A stretch of DNA of 64,000 nt, taken from the NCBI GenBank assembly GCA_963825045.1, contig CAWGSM010000037.1:46083-110082 (forward strand), read 5' to 3'. Below, in pieces: positions 50,680 through 60,885 of this stretch (its first letter is position 1; each line of letters opens with the position of its first letter). The notes under the pieces are model-generated. The model was given only the letters and a program-made list of their open reading frames with translations. It was not told the DNA's origin and did no database searches. Source of the DNA: an uncultured Flavobacteriaceae bacterium (lineage in GTDB: Bacteria; Bacteroidota; Bacteroidia; Flavobacteriales; Flavobacteriaceae). The translations under genes and the position numbers were made by a program.

Positions 50680-52859
50680 TTATCTTGTAAACAACAACTC
50701 TCTATATTTGGTCAATGGCCAAAGTTCATCATCCACAAAATTCAAGTTTATCACAATGATATCTTATCTCTTCGAAGTAAGGTTTCACATCATCGCAATA
50801 TGCGAATGCTTTTTCCTCAGCATCCTCGATCTTATTAGCAACTTTTCTCGCTTCGATCATCGCATTAACATTAGAGTTGATACTTGCAATATGAGCCGAA
50901 ATACTTTCAATAATCTCCAGTTGCTCTTTCGCATGTCTTGCAAAATCATTGTATAAATCTCTTTAAGTCCGCGTACATTTTCAATTAAGATATTCTGATA
51001 ACGAATAGCCGTAGGGATCACATGATTTCTGGCAATATCCCCAAGAATACGTCCTTCTATCTGAATTCTCATCGCATATTCTTCCAGTTCGATTTCATGA
51101 CGAGCTTCGATCTCGATCTTGTTCATAACTTCCAATTCTTTGAAAAGTGCAATAGTTTTCTTACTATACCTGTGCTTTAAGAGCCTCTGGTGTAGTTTTA
51201 TTATTACTTAGTCCACGTTTTTTAGCTTCTTTTTCCCAGGCTTCACCATAACCATCTCCTTCAAAACGGATATTTTTAGATTTTTTGATATATTCTCTAA
51301 GAACATTAAAGATGGCATCATCCTTCTTCATTTTCTTATCCTTAATAAGCTTATCTACTTCTACTTTAAATTCTTTAAGCTGCTTGGCACGATAGTATTT
51401 AATACAGTCATTGGCATTGGCACAGTTGGCAGTGAACCAACCGCTCGAAATTCAAATTTATTTCCTGTAAAAGCAAAGGGAGAAGTTCTGTTTCTATCGG
51501 TATTATCAAGAAGAATTTCAGGGATTTTACCAACAACATTTAGTTTAAGATCAGTTTTTTCCTCTGGCGAAAGTTTACCATCGGTCACTTTTTCAAGTTC
51601 ATCCAAAACCTTGGTTAGCTGAGAACCAATAAATACTGAAATAATTGCCGGAGGTGCTTCATTTGCTCCCAATCGGTGATCATTACAGGCACTTGCGATA
51701 GATGCTCTCAATAAATCTTCATAATCATGAACCGCTTTTATGGTATTGATAAAGAAGGTAAGAAACTGAAGATTTTTCATTGGTGTTACCCGGAGATAAC
51801 AATTGATACCTGTATCTGGTCGCAAGAGACCAGTTATTGTGTTTACCACTACCATTGATTCCGGCAAATGGTTTTTCATGCAACAAGACACTTAAAATTA
51901 TGTCTTTCCGCAACTTTTTCCATCACATCCATGATCAATGAATTATGATCAACCGCAAGATTAGCTTCTTCAAAAATAGGAGCAAGTTCAAACTGATTTG
52001 GTGCCACTTCATTATGACGTGTTTTAACCGGAATACCCAGTTTCATACATTCTATTTCAAGATCCCTCATAAAAGCGATCGCTCTGGAGGAATAGATCCA
52101 AAATAATGATCATCCAATTGTTGACCTTTAGCCGGTGAATGCCCTAAAAGAGTTCTTCCGGTAAGAGTAATATCAGGTCTTGAAGCGACAAGAGCAGTAT
52201 CAATTAAAAAATATTCCTGCTCCCAACCAAATGTAGCATTTACTTTTTTAACATTTTTATCAAAATATTTCACAACATCTGTTGCCGCATCATCAACTGC
52301 CTGCAATGCTCTTAACAAAGGAGTTTTATTATCAAGGCTTCACCTGTATAGGAAACAAAAATCGTAGGAATACAAAGAGTGTTCCCCATATAAAAGCTGG
52401 AGAAGTAGGATCCCAGGCGGTATAGCCACTTGCTTCAAAAGTATTTCTGATTCCTCCACTTGGAAAACTGGAAGCATCAGGTTCTTGTTGCACTAATTGG
52501 CCTCCTCCAAATTTTTCAATTGCCATTCCTCCCCTAATGGTTCAAAAAAAGAATCATGTTTTTCGGCAGTAGCTCCTGTTAATGGCTGAAACCAGTGAGT
52601 ATAATGTGTTACTCCTTTAGAAATCGCCCATTCTTTCATTCCTGTGGAAATATGATCGGCTACATTCCGGTCAATTTTTTTGCCCGTACTTCATGCTTCC
52701 AGTCACATTTTCAAAAGCTTCTTTAGTAAGAAACTGTCTCATAACAGTTTCATTAAATACGTTACTGGAGAAAATTTCTGATCTTCTTCCGGGCTCATCA
52801 ATCCTAACAGGCTTGCGGTTTAAAGTTTCTTTTAAAGCTTGAAATCGTAAAGTTGACAT
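50680..52859 (-). pseudogene. glnA: Glutamine synthetase type III, broken into many frames (pseudogene or low-quality sequence)
   Basis: Fragments carry [81 protein letters not shown] and WPLTKYRELLF. Confidence 0.9.
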
Positions 52860-53034
52860 ATGTGTTGTTGTTGATTTTAAAATTTGATATTGAACATTTT
52901 ACCTTTATAAATTCAATTTTTCTAATTAAAAAGTCGGTCTATATACTATTTAACCGACTTTGAAATGCGAATATAATATTCTGCAATGAGAAATTACAAA
53001 ATTTTCCCATAAAAATTACAAGTTAAAAACACAA

Positions 53035-53110
53035 TCCCCTATTGATAACAGGGGTGTAATTACAATATTTATTAATTTATAAATTTTCACCCCTATTTTT
53101 TGAGGGTGTT
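53035..53110. promoter_or_regulatory. Tandem ACCCCTA-N6/7-(T)AGGGGT-like palindromes upstream of glnA
   Basis: TCCCCTA-N7-CAGGGGTGTAA (53035-53059) and CACCCCTA-T6-GAGGGTG (53088-53108). Confidence 0.65.
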
Positions 53111-53493
53111 ACATATTTTAGATGTTTTAATTGACTAATTAGGAATTTTGGAAAAATAATTAATTACAAGCTAATTTAAACCGAAGTAGATCTGTTTGGA
53201 GTAAGTAGTGCCACTCAGAATCTAAGCTTCCAAGTAAATTTTCAGAAAAGCTAGGGGAGGTTGCAAAGGCTTCTTTTTGAAGGATTTTCAACCATTGAGG
53301 CAAAAGCTCAGCCTTCAAAATGTATATTAAACTCTGTATTTATTATTCTAATTTTCAACAAATCTCGAAATCTGGAAAGTTTTATAAGCAGATAGTAGCC
53401 CACATCCAGGTCATGGTATCGCGACTAGCAAGGAAGATCAGGATTTCTGGCCTGGATTTGAAAAATTAAGGTGTGATTTTAAAGCTGACTTTT

Positions 53494-54441
53494 TTAATTA
53501 ATAAACGTCAGAGATACGAATACGGCGTAGGCCGCGAAAAGCAAAAATCCTTTATATCTGCCTATCTCAAGTTGCTTTGGAAGAAATGCTAAAGGTGTTA
53601 GAACAAAAGCTATAGCAAGCATCCAGATCATATCGTTCGATAGGATCTCAGAAGATTTGAGAACAATTGGCTGAATTAGCGCAGTAATCCCCAAAACCGA
53701 GGCAATATTAAAAATATTAGAACCAATCAGGTTTCCAAGTGATATTGCTTTTTCCTTTTTCAATGCAGCAATAAGAGAAGCAGCAAGTTCGGGCACACTC
53801 GTTCCTACAGCGATTATGGTTACCGATATAACCCGTTCACTTACCCCTAGCTGAGTCGCAAGTTCCACTGCTCCTTTTACCAGTAATTCAGAACCACCCC
53901 AAAGCGCTAAAATTCCAATTAACAACCAGATGATCATTTTGAAATTGGAGACAGTTCGCAGGCTTTCATCTACTTCCTCCAGGATAATCTCATCTTTTTT
54001 TCTTGACCTTCTAATTAAAAGAAAAAGGTATATCGCAAGACCTACAAGCAAGAGCAAACCTTCAATTCTACTTATCTCCCCCTTGCTCGAAAGAAAATAG
54101 TAAAGTACAATTGAAAACACCATCATGACAGGCCAGTTGATCCTGTAAAAATCCCGATCTATAACCAGAGGAGTGATCATCGCTGTGATTCCCAATACAA
54201 GGCCGATATTGGCAATATTAGAACCAATAATATTTCCCAGTGAAATATCTGAAAATCCATTAATAGCAGCCTGCAGACTTACCAGTAATTCTGGTGCGGA
54301 GGTAGCAAAAGATACCACAGTAAGTCCAATTACCATTCTGGAAATATCCATTTTAAAAGATAATGCGACTGAGGATCTCACCAGAAACTCTCCTCCTACT
54401 ACCAATAAAACGAAACCAATAAGTAAAAAGACTATACTCAT
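53494..54441 (-). CDS. Calcium/sodium antiporter (CaCA, YrbG-like)
   Basis: Two alpha repeats ATSAPEL/GTSVPEL and GNIIGSNI. Confidence 0.93.
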   Translation of the reverse strand: MSIVFLLIGFVLLVVGGEFLVRSSVALSFKMDISRMVIGLTVVSFATSAPELLVSLQAAINGFSDISLGNIIGSNIANIGLVLGITAMITPLVIDRDFYRINWPVMMVFSIVLYYFLSSKGEISRIEGLLLLVGLAIYLFLLIRRSRKKDEIILEEVDESLRTVSNFKMIIWLLIGILALWGGSELLVKGAVELATQLGVSERVISVTIIAVGTSVPELAASLIAALKKEKAISLGNLIGSNIFNIASVLGITALIQPIVLKSSEILSNDMIWMLAIAFVLTPLAFLPKQLEIGRYKGFLLFAAYAVFVSLTFIN

Positions 54442-54499
54442 AGATCAATTTTTGACGAAGATAGAAGAAATGCTCCAATTATACCCAAACTAAAAATCT

Positions 54500-54542
54500 A
54501 ACTATTTTTATAGTTTACCAACTATTTTTTTCGTTATATTTG
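54500..54542 (+). promoter_or_regulatory. Probable BlaI operator pair AACTA-N6-TAGTT overlapping a TATATTTG promoter box
   Basis: Sites at 54500-54515 (perfect) and 54520-54535 (one mismatch); -7 box at 54535-54542. Confidence 0.6.
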
Positions 54543-54571
54543 AATATATGAATTTTTTAGAGTCGAAATAG

Positions 54572-54934
54572 ATGGAAAAATTAACCAATAAAGAAGAAGA
54601 AATAATGCGGGTTCTCTGGGAACTGGATAAAGCATTCGTCAAAGAAGTTTTAGCCGAACTAAAAGACCAAAAATTACATTATAATACTGTTTCTACCATT
54701 ATAAGGAACCTGGAAGAAAAGGGATATGTCTCCCATACCGCTTATGGTAAAACCCATCAGTATTTTCCTGTTGTAAGCAAGGAGAAGTACCGGAAACAAT
54801 TCATGAATATGGCAACCAAGCGATTTTTTGATAATTCTTATAAGAATGTCGTTTCATATTTCGCTAAAGAGGAAAAGATAAGTGCAGAGGAATTAAGAGA
54901 GATCCTGGAGATCATAGAAAACAGGAAGAAATAA
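54572..54934 (+). CDS. BlaI/MecI/CopY family repressor
   Basis: LTNKEEEIMRVLW, HYNTVSTIIRNLEEKGYV. Confidence 0.93.
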   Translation: MEKLTNKEEEIMRVLWELDKAFVKEVLAELKDQKLHYNTVSTIIRNLEEKGYVSHTAYGKTHQYFPVVSKEKYRKQFMNMATKRFFDNSYKNVVSYFAKEEKISAEELREILEIIENRKK

Positions 54935-57276
54935 TGGAAGATCTTTTAATTTATTTGATCAAAGCATCGGCATTGGTAGGAATCTTTTTTTTGAGTTACG
55001 TTCTGCTTCTCAAGAAAGAAACAAGTTTTGAACTCAACCGAAAATTCCTTTTCGGTGGACTTCTCGCTTCCGCTATTCTGCCTGCCGTCTATTTTACCAG
55101 GACCGTTTTTGTAGAAGCTCCTGCCACAGCCGTAAATTTCATCTCTTCATCCACAACTACAACAGTGTTGGAGCCAGAAGCAACTATGAACTGGTGGACT
55201 ATTTCAGGATATTTCTACCTGGCGATCACTGGTTTCTTTATGCTAAGGTTTCTACTCCAACTCATATCTGTATTAAGAATAATTATTTTCCACAAAAAGG
55301 AAAGCCGGGAAGGATTTCAGTTTATTAAAACCAAAGAAGCCCACCTCCCCTTTTCCTTCTTCAACTATATTGTATATAATCCAGAGAACCACTCCAAAAA
55401 AGATCTTCGGCTTATTCTGGAGCATGAAAAGGTGCACTCAAGACAGGTACATTCTGCAGATATACTTTTAGCCAACCTGGCACAAAGCATTTTATGGATT
55501 AATCCCTTCGCCTGGTTCTATAAAAAAACTATCGAACAGAACCTGGAGTTTATTGCAGACCGGGAAACAGTTTCTAATAAAGCTGAAATTAAGGAATATC
55601 AGCGTGCGCTTGTAAAAGTCTCCATAGCCGAGCTCAGACCGGCACTCACTAATCATTTTTATCAATCATTTATCAAAAAACGAATACTTATGCTTAATTC
55701 TAAAACACCAACTCACAGTCCTGCCTGGAAAATTAGTCTTATTACACCTATTATATTTGGCTTTATGCTTCTTTTTAATGTGGAAACTGAAGCGCAAATT
55801 ATTGAAAATGATGAGCCGCAAACTTCTCAAGTTAAGCTTCAGGAAAAGGAAGTGTCCATAACAATAGATAAGGAAACGACCAAAGAAGCTTTAGAGTCAA
55901 TGACTAATTTTCTGAAGGAAAGAGATATAGAGATAGATCTTGATAATGTATCCTATAACAAGGGCCTTTTAACTTCCATAATCTTTAATTTTCTCGATAA
56001 AACTACAGGAAATAAAGGAATGATGAAGAGAAATGACCCTAAGGGTATAAAACCTTTTAAATTCTACAGGAAATCAAATGGCGAAATTGGGGTTGGGGGA
56101 ATTGAAAATGAAAAAGTCTTTACTTCTTCTTCCGGGAAAAATATTTCTTCGGCTACCTCTTTTTCAGATTTAGGCCCTGAACCTCTTTACATCATCAATG
56201 GAAAAGAATTAAAAGCTTCCCGTTTAAAAAATAAATTCATAGCAATTGAATCGGAAATTGAAATTCTGGATGGGTCTGAAGCTGTAAAACGTTTCGGTAA
56301 AAAAGCTGAAAATGGCGCGGTCATCATTCCTGAAGCTCATATTATAAGAGATTTTAATAAACGCATGAAGGAACTTGATAAACAAACTACCTCTTTTAGT
56401 GGCAAATATATTATGGTAGGAGACCAGGGAAAACCTAATTTTCTTACTGTTAACACCACTAAAGAACCTGGGAAAAGTATAAATGCCACCTTTCAGAACT
56501 TCAGTTCAAAAAATAAGCCGCTGGTTATAATAAATGGAGAAAGGGTAAAAAGTAACAACTGGAAGTCTGAAACCGACCCTGAGAACGTGGAACAGGTATA
56601 TGTTCTAAAAAACAAACAAGCAACTAAAACATATGGAAAAGCAGGGAAAAATGGAGCGATTATTATCGAAACGAAAGATTTTGAGAAATCCAATGCCCCG
56701 GCTGAATATGAATTCATTAAGACCGATTCCAGATCATTTACTTTTGAATCTGCTGGCGATATTCCCGCAGTAAATATGGAGAATTCCAATGTGGTAATTA
56801 TGAGCCGGAACAAACCCATTTATGTATTAAACGACAAAATACAGGGGGAAGATTTTATTGCTAAAGAAATAGAACCCGCCAATATTGCAAAAATAAATGT
56901 TCTAAAAGGAGATCTGGCTATCGAAAAATATGGTGAAAAAGCAAAAGATGGTGTTATACAGATTTTCACTAAAGATTATATGGGTGATACTTCAAGTCCT
57001 GTGGAATCTAACCTCTTTTTTGTTAATTCTAAATATACAGATGAAGCTTTGGAAAGTATGAAAACTCAAATGATGGAGAAACTGGAACTTGATGTAAATT
57101 TTTCTGAAATAGAAAGAAATTCGGAAGGACTAATCACCTCTATTAAAATCAATGCAGTATCTGCCGATAATAAAAAAGCTTCAGCAACATTTAAAAATTC
57201 TGATGGTATTCCACATATCCTGATAGGATTTACCGAGAAGGATAATTTAGTCATTACCAGTAATAAGATAAAATAG
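54934..57276 (+). CDS. BlaR1/M56 family metallopeptidase with three TonB-plug-like periplasmic repeats
   Basis: PFSFF, HEKVH, NLEFIAD, KKRI; PLYIING...YG..A.NG.I.I.TK-like repeats. Confidence 0.88.
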   Translation: MEDLLIYLIKASALVGIFFLSYVLLLKKETSFELNRKFLFGGLLASAILPAVYFTRTVFVEAPATAVNFISSSTTTTVLEPEATMNWWTISGYFYLAITGFFMLRFLLQLISVLRIIIFHKKESREGFQFIKTKEAHLPFSFFNYIVYNPENHSKKDLRLILEHEKVHSRQVHSADILLANLAQSILWINPFAWFYKKTIEQNLEFIADRETVSNKAEIKEYQRALVKVSIAELRPALTNHFYQSFIKKRILMLNSKTPTHSPAWKISLITPIIFGFMLLFNVETEAQIIENDEPQTSQVKLQEKEVSITIDKETTKEALESMTNFLKERDIEIDLDNVSYNKGLLTSIIFNFLDKTTGNKGMMKRNDPKGIKPFKFYRKSNGEIGVGGIENEKVFTSSSGKNISSATSFSDLGPEPLYIINGKELKASRLKNKFIAIESEIEILDGSEAVKRFGKKAENGAVIIPEAHIIRDFNKRMKELDKQTTSFSGKYIMVGDQGKPNFLTVNTTKEPGKSINATFQNFSSKNKPLVIINGERVKSNNWKSETDPENVEQVYVLKNKQATKTYGKAGKNGAIIIETKDFEKSNAPAEYEFIKTDSRSFTFESAGDIPAVNMENSNVVIMSRNKPIYVLNDKIQGEDFIAKEIEPANIAKINVLKGDLAIEKYGEKAKDGVIQIFTKDYMGDTSSPVESNLFFVNSKYTDEALESMKTQMMEKLELDVNFSEIERNSEGLITSIKINAVSADNKKASATFKNSDGIPHILIGFTEKDNLVITSNKIK

Positions 57277-57295
57277 ATAATCCTTTAAAAACAGA

Positions 57296-57330
57296 AAAAG
57301 CCGTTTCCATTGAAGCGGCTTTGTTTATTT
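57296..57330 (+). terminator. Rho-independent terminator
   Basis: AAAGCCG...CGGCTTT followed by GTTTATTT. Confidence 0.65.
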
Positions 57331-57381
57331 ATAACTAACTGATCTTTAATTATTCGATATATTTGAATAAACCGACCTAAA

Positions 57382-57534
57382 ATGAAAAAGAAACTTTTTA
57401 AAGCTTTGTCTAAATTTAATAAAGCCGTTCTTCCCAGCTATTCAAAAAAGGGTTTGGATCTTCAAAAGGCCAGTAAACTACAAATGGCCATCATTGGATG
57501 GAAACTCTGGGTCACTAAAAACTCGCTGGATTAA
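57382..57534 (+). CDS. 50-aa basic small protein (below the ORF-track cutoff)
   Basis: MKKKLFKALSKFNKAVLPSYSKKGLDLQKASKLQMAIIGWKLWVTKNSLD*; TATATTTG box just upstream; stop overlaps the apt stop. Confidence 0.7.
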   Translation: MKKKLFKALSKFNKAVLPSYSKKGLDLQKASKLQMAIIGWKLWVTKNSLD

Positions 57535-58049
57535 GAGTATTTTATTAAGGAAGCCACCTCATAATTTTTTAACCTATCGGCTCCTTTAAGAAACTCCAGT
57601 TCTACAAGAAAACTACACTGTACTATGTCGCCTCCGCATCTTTCAATAAGCTTACAGGTTGCAGCAGCTGTTCCCCCCGTGGCAAGCACATCGTCATGTA
57701 ACAATACCTTTTCACCTTTCTGTATGGCATCCTGATGGATCTCCAGGGTATCGGTGCCGTATTCCAATTCATAATTTTCAGTATGAGTGTTGTGCGGTAA
57801 TTTCCCAGGCTTTCTTACGGGTATAAATCCGGCCTCCAGTTTTTCAGCCAGAAGCGTGGCGAAGAAGAACCCTCTGGATTCAATCCCAACCACTTTATCT
57901 ATTTTCCGGTCTCCTAAGTTTTTAAGAAATAAGTTTACCGCCAGCTTCATAGCCTCAGGATCCAATAACAGTGGGGTGATATCTTTATAGGTTACTCCCT
58001 TCTTTGGGAAATTGGGTATATCTCTTATATATTGATCTAAATTCTTCAT
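57531..58049 (-). CDS. apt: Adenine phosphoribosyltransferase
   Basis: IPNFPKKG, GIESRGF, RKPGKLP, LEYG, DDVLATGGT. Confidence 0.96.
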   Translation of the reverse strand: MKNLDQYIRDIPNFPKKGVTYKDITPLLLDPEAMKLAVNLFLKNLGDRKIDKVVGIESRGFFFATLLAEKLEAGFIPVRKPGKLPHNTHTENYELEYGTDTLEIHQDAIQKGEKVLLHDDVLATGGTAAATCKLIERCGGDIVQCSFLVELEFLKGADRLKNYEVASLIKYS

Positions 58050-58052
58050 AAA

Positions 58053-58706
58053 TTAAACGGTCACTGTATGATTTAAATACTTTCTGAATGGTAACATTTC
58101 CTTATAAATTTCGATTAGCTTTTCCTGAAAATCATCTTTAATAATTTCCTTTTGGGTTAAATCATGTTTTACCGCAAAACTCTTATTTCTTAAAAGATCA
58201 ATATGGCGGTGATCTTGAGAATATCCTTTAGGTGCAGTTTTTAGTTTTTCATCGTCTATAAGCTCTACAAAATTCGTTTTAAAAGAGGGTTTGTTTAAAA
58301 TTTCTGTTAGCTTTTCGCCATCATAATCTATTCCTGCCCGTATGCTATCAAGTCGGTCTTTAGAAGGTCTGTAGAAGCCGCCAGCGACAAAATTTTCGTT
58401 GATGCCAATATGAATATAAAAATCTCCCTTTCCTTTTTCTTTGTCAAGGCCGGCCCCAAAATGATCTTTATAGATTGGTTTATTGGGCTGAAACATAAGA
58501 TTATTATTGATTCGGTTGATCGCCTTTTTTCCCGTTGTAGGTGAATAATTGGGATCTATCCTGGAGAGTTGAATATCAAGTTCATTAAGCCATCGAATAT
58601 AAAAATCCCGTACCTCGTGATATTCTTTACGGTGCGCATCCATCCATTCCTTAGAGTTATTCTTATTTAGTTCCCGAAGGAATTCAAATAATCTTGAAAA
58701 GCTCAT
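58053..58706 (-). CDS. DUF2461 family protein
   Basis: NNSKEW, FYIHI, LKTAPKGY, HIDLLR. Confidence 0.88.
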   Translation of the reverse strand: MSFSRLFEFLRELNKNNSKEWMDAHRKEYHEVRDFYIRWLNELDIQLSRIDPNYSPTTGKKAINRINNNLMFQPNKPIYKDHFGAGLDKEKGKGDFYIHIGINENFVAGGFYRPSKDRLDSIRAGIDYDGEKLTEILNKPSFKTNFVELIDDEKLKTAPKGYSQDHRHIDLLRNKSFAVKHDLTQKEIIKDDFQEKLIEIYKEMLPFRKYLNHTVTV

Positions 58707-58958
58707 TTTTTTATTTTAAAGATATTAAAATGAAAGGAAGAAACTGTTGTTTTTGGTGATTTCGGTTTAAACAGGCCTCAATACTTATAAAATATAATCA
58801 TTCATTCCCCTCCTGGGCATTTATAGAGTTAACTACTTTAGGAATTTCAGCTTCTGAAGATCAACTTATTGCATTCATCATAAATTGAATAGAGTTAACA
58901 AATCAAACCATAAATCTATATATTTAATGAAGACCTAATCCATAAACTACAACGCAAA

Positions 58959-59312
58959 ATGAAGTATCAAAAGCTCGGGGAGTTTATATATCTCCCACCT
59001 AAAGAAGGCGCCCCTCTACGAGGAAAAAAAGATGTCAAGTTTAATTATTATTTGTCTAGTAGGGTGAATGGAAAACTGATCGATATTGATATCACCACAA
59101 AACTCTTTGATGATGATGATATGTATATTCGCAAGGCGTGCTATAAGGTGAGACTTTCAGATATTGAAAGCTGTGTAAAGGAAAATCTTATAGACCATAT
59201 GCGCAGCCTGGGGATGGAAGAAGAAAATATACCTTCCTCCCTTATCAACATGGGTATAACCAGTCATGCGGTAAAATGTCTCACAAAAAATTCCTATAAA
59301 GCAAGCTATTAA
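58959..59312 (+). CDS. Hypothetical protein
   Basis: Isolated 117-aa ORF with an A-rich upstream region; no recognised motif. Confidence 0.55.
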   Translation: MKYQKLGEFIYLPPKEGAPLRGKKDVKFNYYLSSRVNGKLIDIDITTKLFDDDDMYIRKACYKVRLSDIESCVKENLIDHMRSLGMEEENIPSSLINMGITSHAVKCLTKNSYKASY

Positions 59313-59409
59313 GCACTATTATTGCGCTCTCCGTTCAGAGTGAACTATGCTTTAAATGAATCCATCATCTTCTGATACTTACCTATATAGGTTTTAAGAA
59401 GACAGGTAT

Positions 59410-59796
59410 TTAAACTTTTGAAATCACCTTTTTTAGTTTATTGCCGATCTCCGTTGCAATTCCTTCCAATTCCCTATTCTTAACAGCCTGCATGGAAGCA
59501 CTAGGATCCACTGCTGCAACCTCAATTTGTCCATTCTTTAGTTCCTGAACAATCACATTACAGGGCAGCATTGCACCAATTTTATCTTCAGCTTCTAAGG
59601 CTTTATGAGCAAAAGGGGCATTACAGGCGCCAAGAATTCTATAATTCTTAAAGTCTAAATCAAGTTTCTTTTTGAAAGTTTCGGTAACATTAATCTCTGT
59701 TAGCACACCAAAGCCTTCCTTTTCAAGTTCTTCTGTAACTTTTTGTATAACGTCGTCAAATTTACCTTCTACTGTCTTATTAAAATAATAGCTCAT
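59410..59796 (-). CDS. DUF302 family protein
   Basis: EGFGVL, ILGACN, MLPCNV. Confidence 0.9.
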   Translation of the reverse strand: MSYYFNKTVEGKFDDVIQKVTEELEKEGFGVLTEINVTETFKKKLDLDFKNYRILGACNAPFAHKALEAEDKIGAMLPCNVIVQELKNGQIEVAAVDPSASMQAVKNRELEGIATEIGNKLKKVISKV

Positions 59797-60043
59797 AACT
59801 TATAATTTATATTCAGATTAAAGATAAAAAGACCGAGAAAGGAAATCAGTAATAAAGGTTACACTTGGCTAAATTTTAACGTCTCAGTTATAATTATAAG
59901 TCTTTCCATGCTTACAGCCAGCATAACTACAATAATCCGTTTAAAGACCAATTATAGTTTAGATGAAATGTGACTGCATGTACCGAAGTCAAGACAATGG
60001 CTTCATGGATTTTATCCTGATGGGGAATACCAATCTTATCCCA

Positions 60044-60280
60044 TCAACCTCCCCCGAATGCGGGTAAAAATGCCACCTCATCACCTTCTTTTAATTGAAC
60101 TTCTTTAGCTAAATTATGATTCACCGCTATTTGTACCGAATCAGAATCAGAAATCCTGTATTTCGTAAGTTGCAGTTCTTTCAGGTCTTTTACTAAAGCT
60201 CCCTGCTCTAGTTCCAGAACCTCTTCTGTTTTACCGGCTGACTCCGCAATCATTCCAAAATATTTTATGCTTACTTTCAT
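60044..60280 (-). CDS. moaD: MoaD/ThiS sulfur carrier
   Basis: IAVN...GDEVAFLP, C-terminal GG. Confidence 0.85.
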   Translation of the reverse strand: MKVSIKYFGMIAESAGKTEEVLELEQGALVKDLKELQLTKYRISDSDSVQIAVNHNLAKEVQLKEGDEVAFLPAFGGG

Positions 60281-60885
60281 TCTTTTTCCATTTGCATTAA
60301 TAATTCAACATCTTCGACGGTATCCACATCAAAATTTCCCTTTTCGAATGTTACGGTCTGAAAATTAAAATTTGCTTTGTAAATTAATTTCTTAGCCCCC
60401 TGATCTCCTTCGAGTTTTTGCAAATCTAAAAAGGCTTCACTGGAGAAAATCGCTGGAACGCCAACATTTCTGGCATATTCTGAAAAAGTCGCTTGAGAAT
60501 TACTTTTCATCTGAACTTTTATTAATTTCTGAATATTCTCGCTGGTTACAAACGGCTGATCTGAAAGCAGGATCAGCAGATGCTCCAGACCATTTTTCAG
60601 TATAAGTGACTTTTCAATGCCTTCCCTAATACTTGAAGCCATACCTTCCTGCCAGTTATTATTAAGAACAACCTCGAAATTTCTGAGCTCCAACTTTTCA
60701 TTGATCTCACTTGAATTTGCTCCTAACACCAATACTTTTGAATCAAAAGCTATGGAGTTAGCAACGTCAATAATATGCTGTAGAAGAACCTTGCCCCTGA
60801 AAGTCACCAATTGTTTCGGATAACCGAGTCGGCTGGAAGAACCCGCAGCCAGAATCACTACACCTATTTTAGCATTATTGATCAA
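60277..60885 (-). CDS. Molybdenum cofactor cytidylyltransferase (MocA-like)
   Basis: ILAAGSSSRLGYPKQL, GMASSI, DQP, GDQGA, DVDT. Confidence 0.85.
   Translation of the reverse strand: MINNAKIGVVILAAGSSSRLGYPKQLVTFRGKVLLQHIIDVANSIAFDSKVLVLGANSSEINEKLELRNFEVVLNNNWQEGMASSIREGIEKSLILKNGLEHLLILLSDQPFVTSENIQKLIKVQMKSNSQATFSEYARNVGVPAIFSSEAFLDLQKLEGDQGAKKLIYKANFNFQTVTFEKGNFDVDTVEDVELLMQMEKE

Noticed and set aside
53160-53490. Possible short minus-strand ORF (about 52 aa) and an ATCCAGG/CCTGGAT stem (53404-53457)
   Set aside because: No recognisable protein or RNA family (not a convincing SRP RNA) and the neighbouring sequence is error-prone
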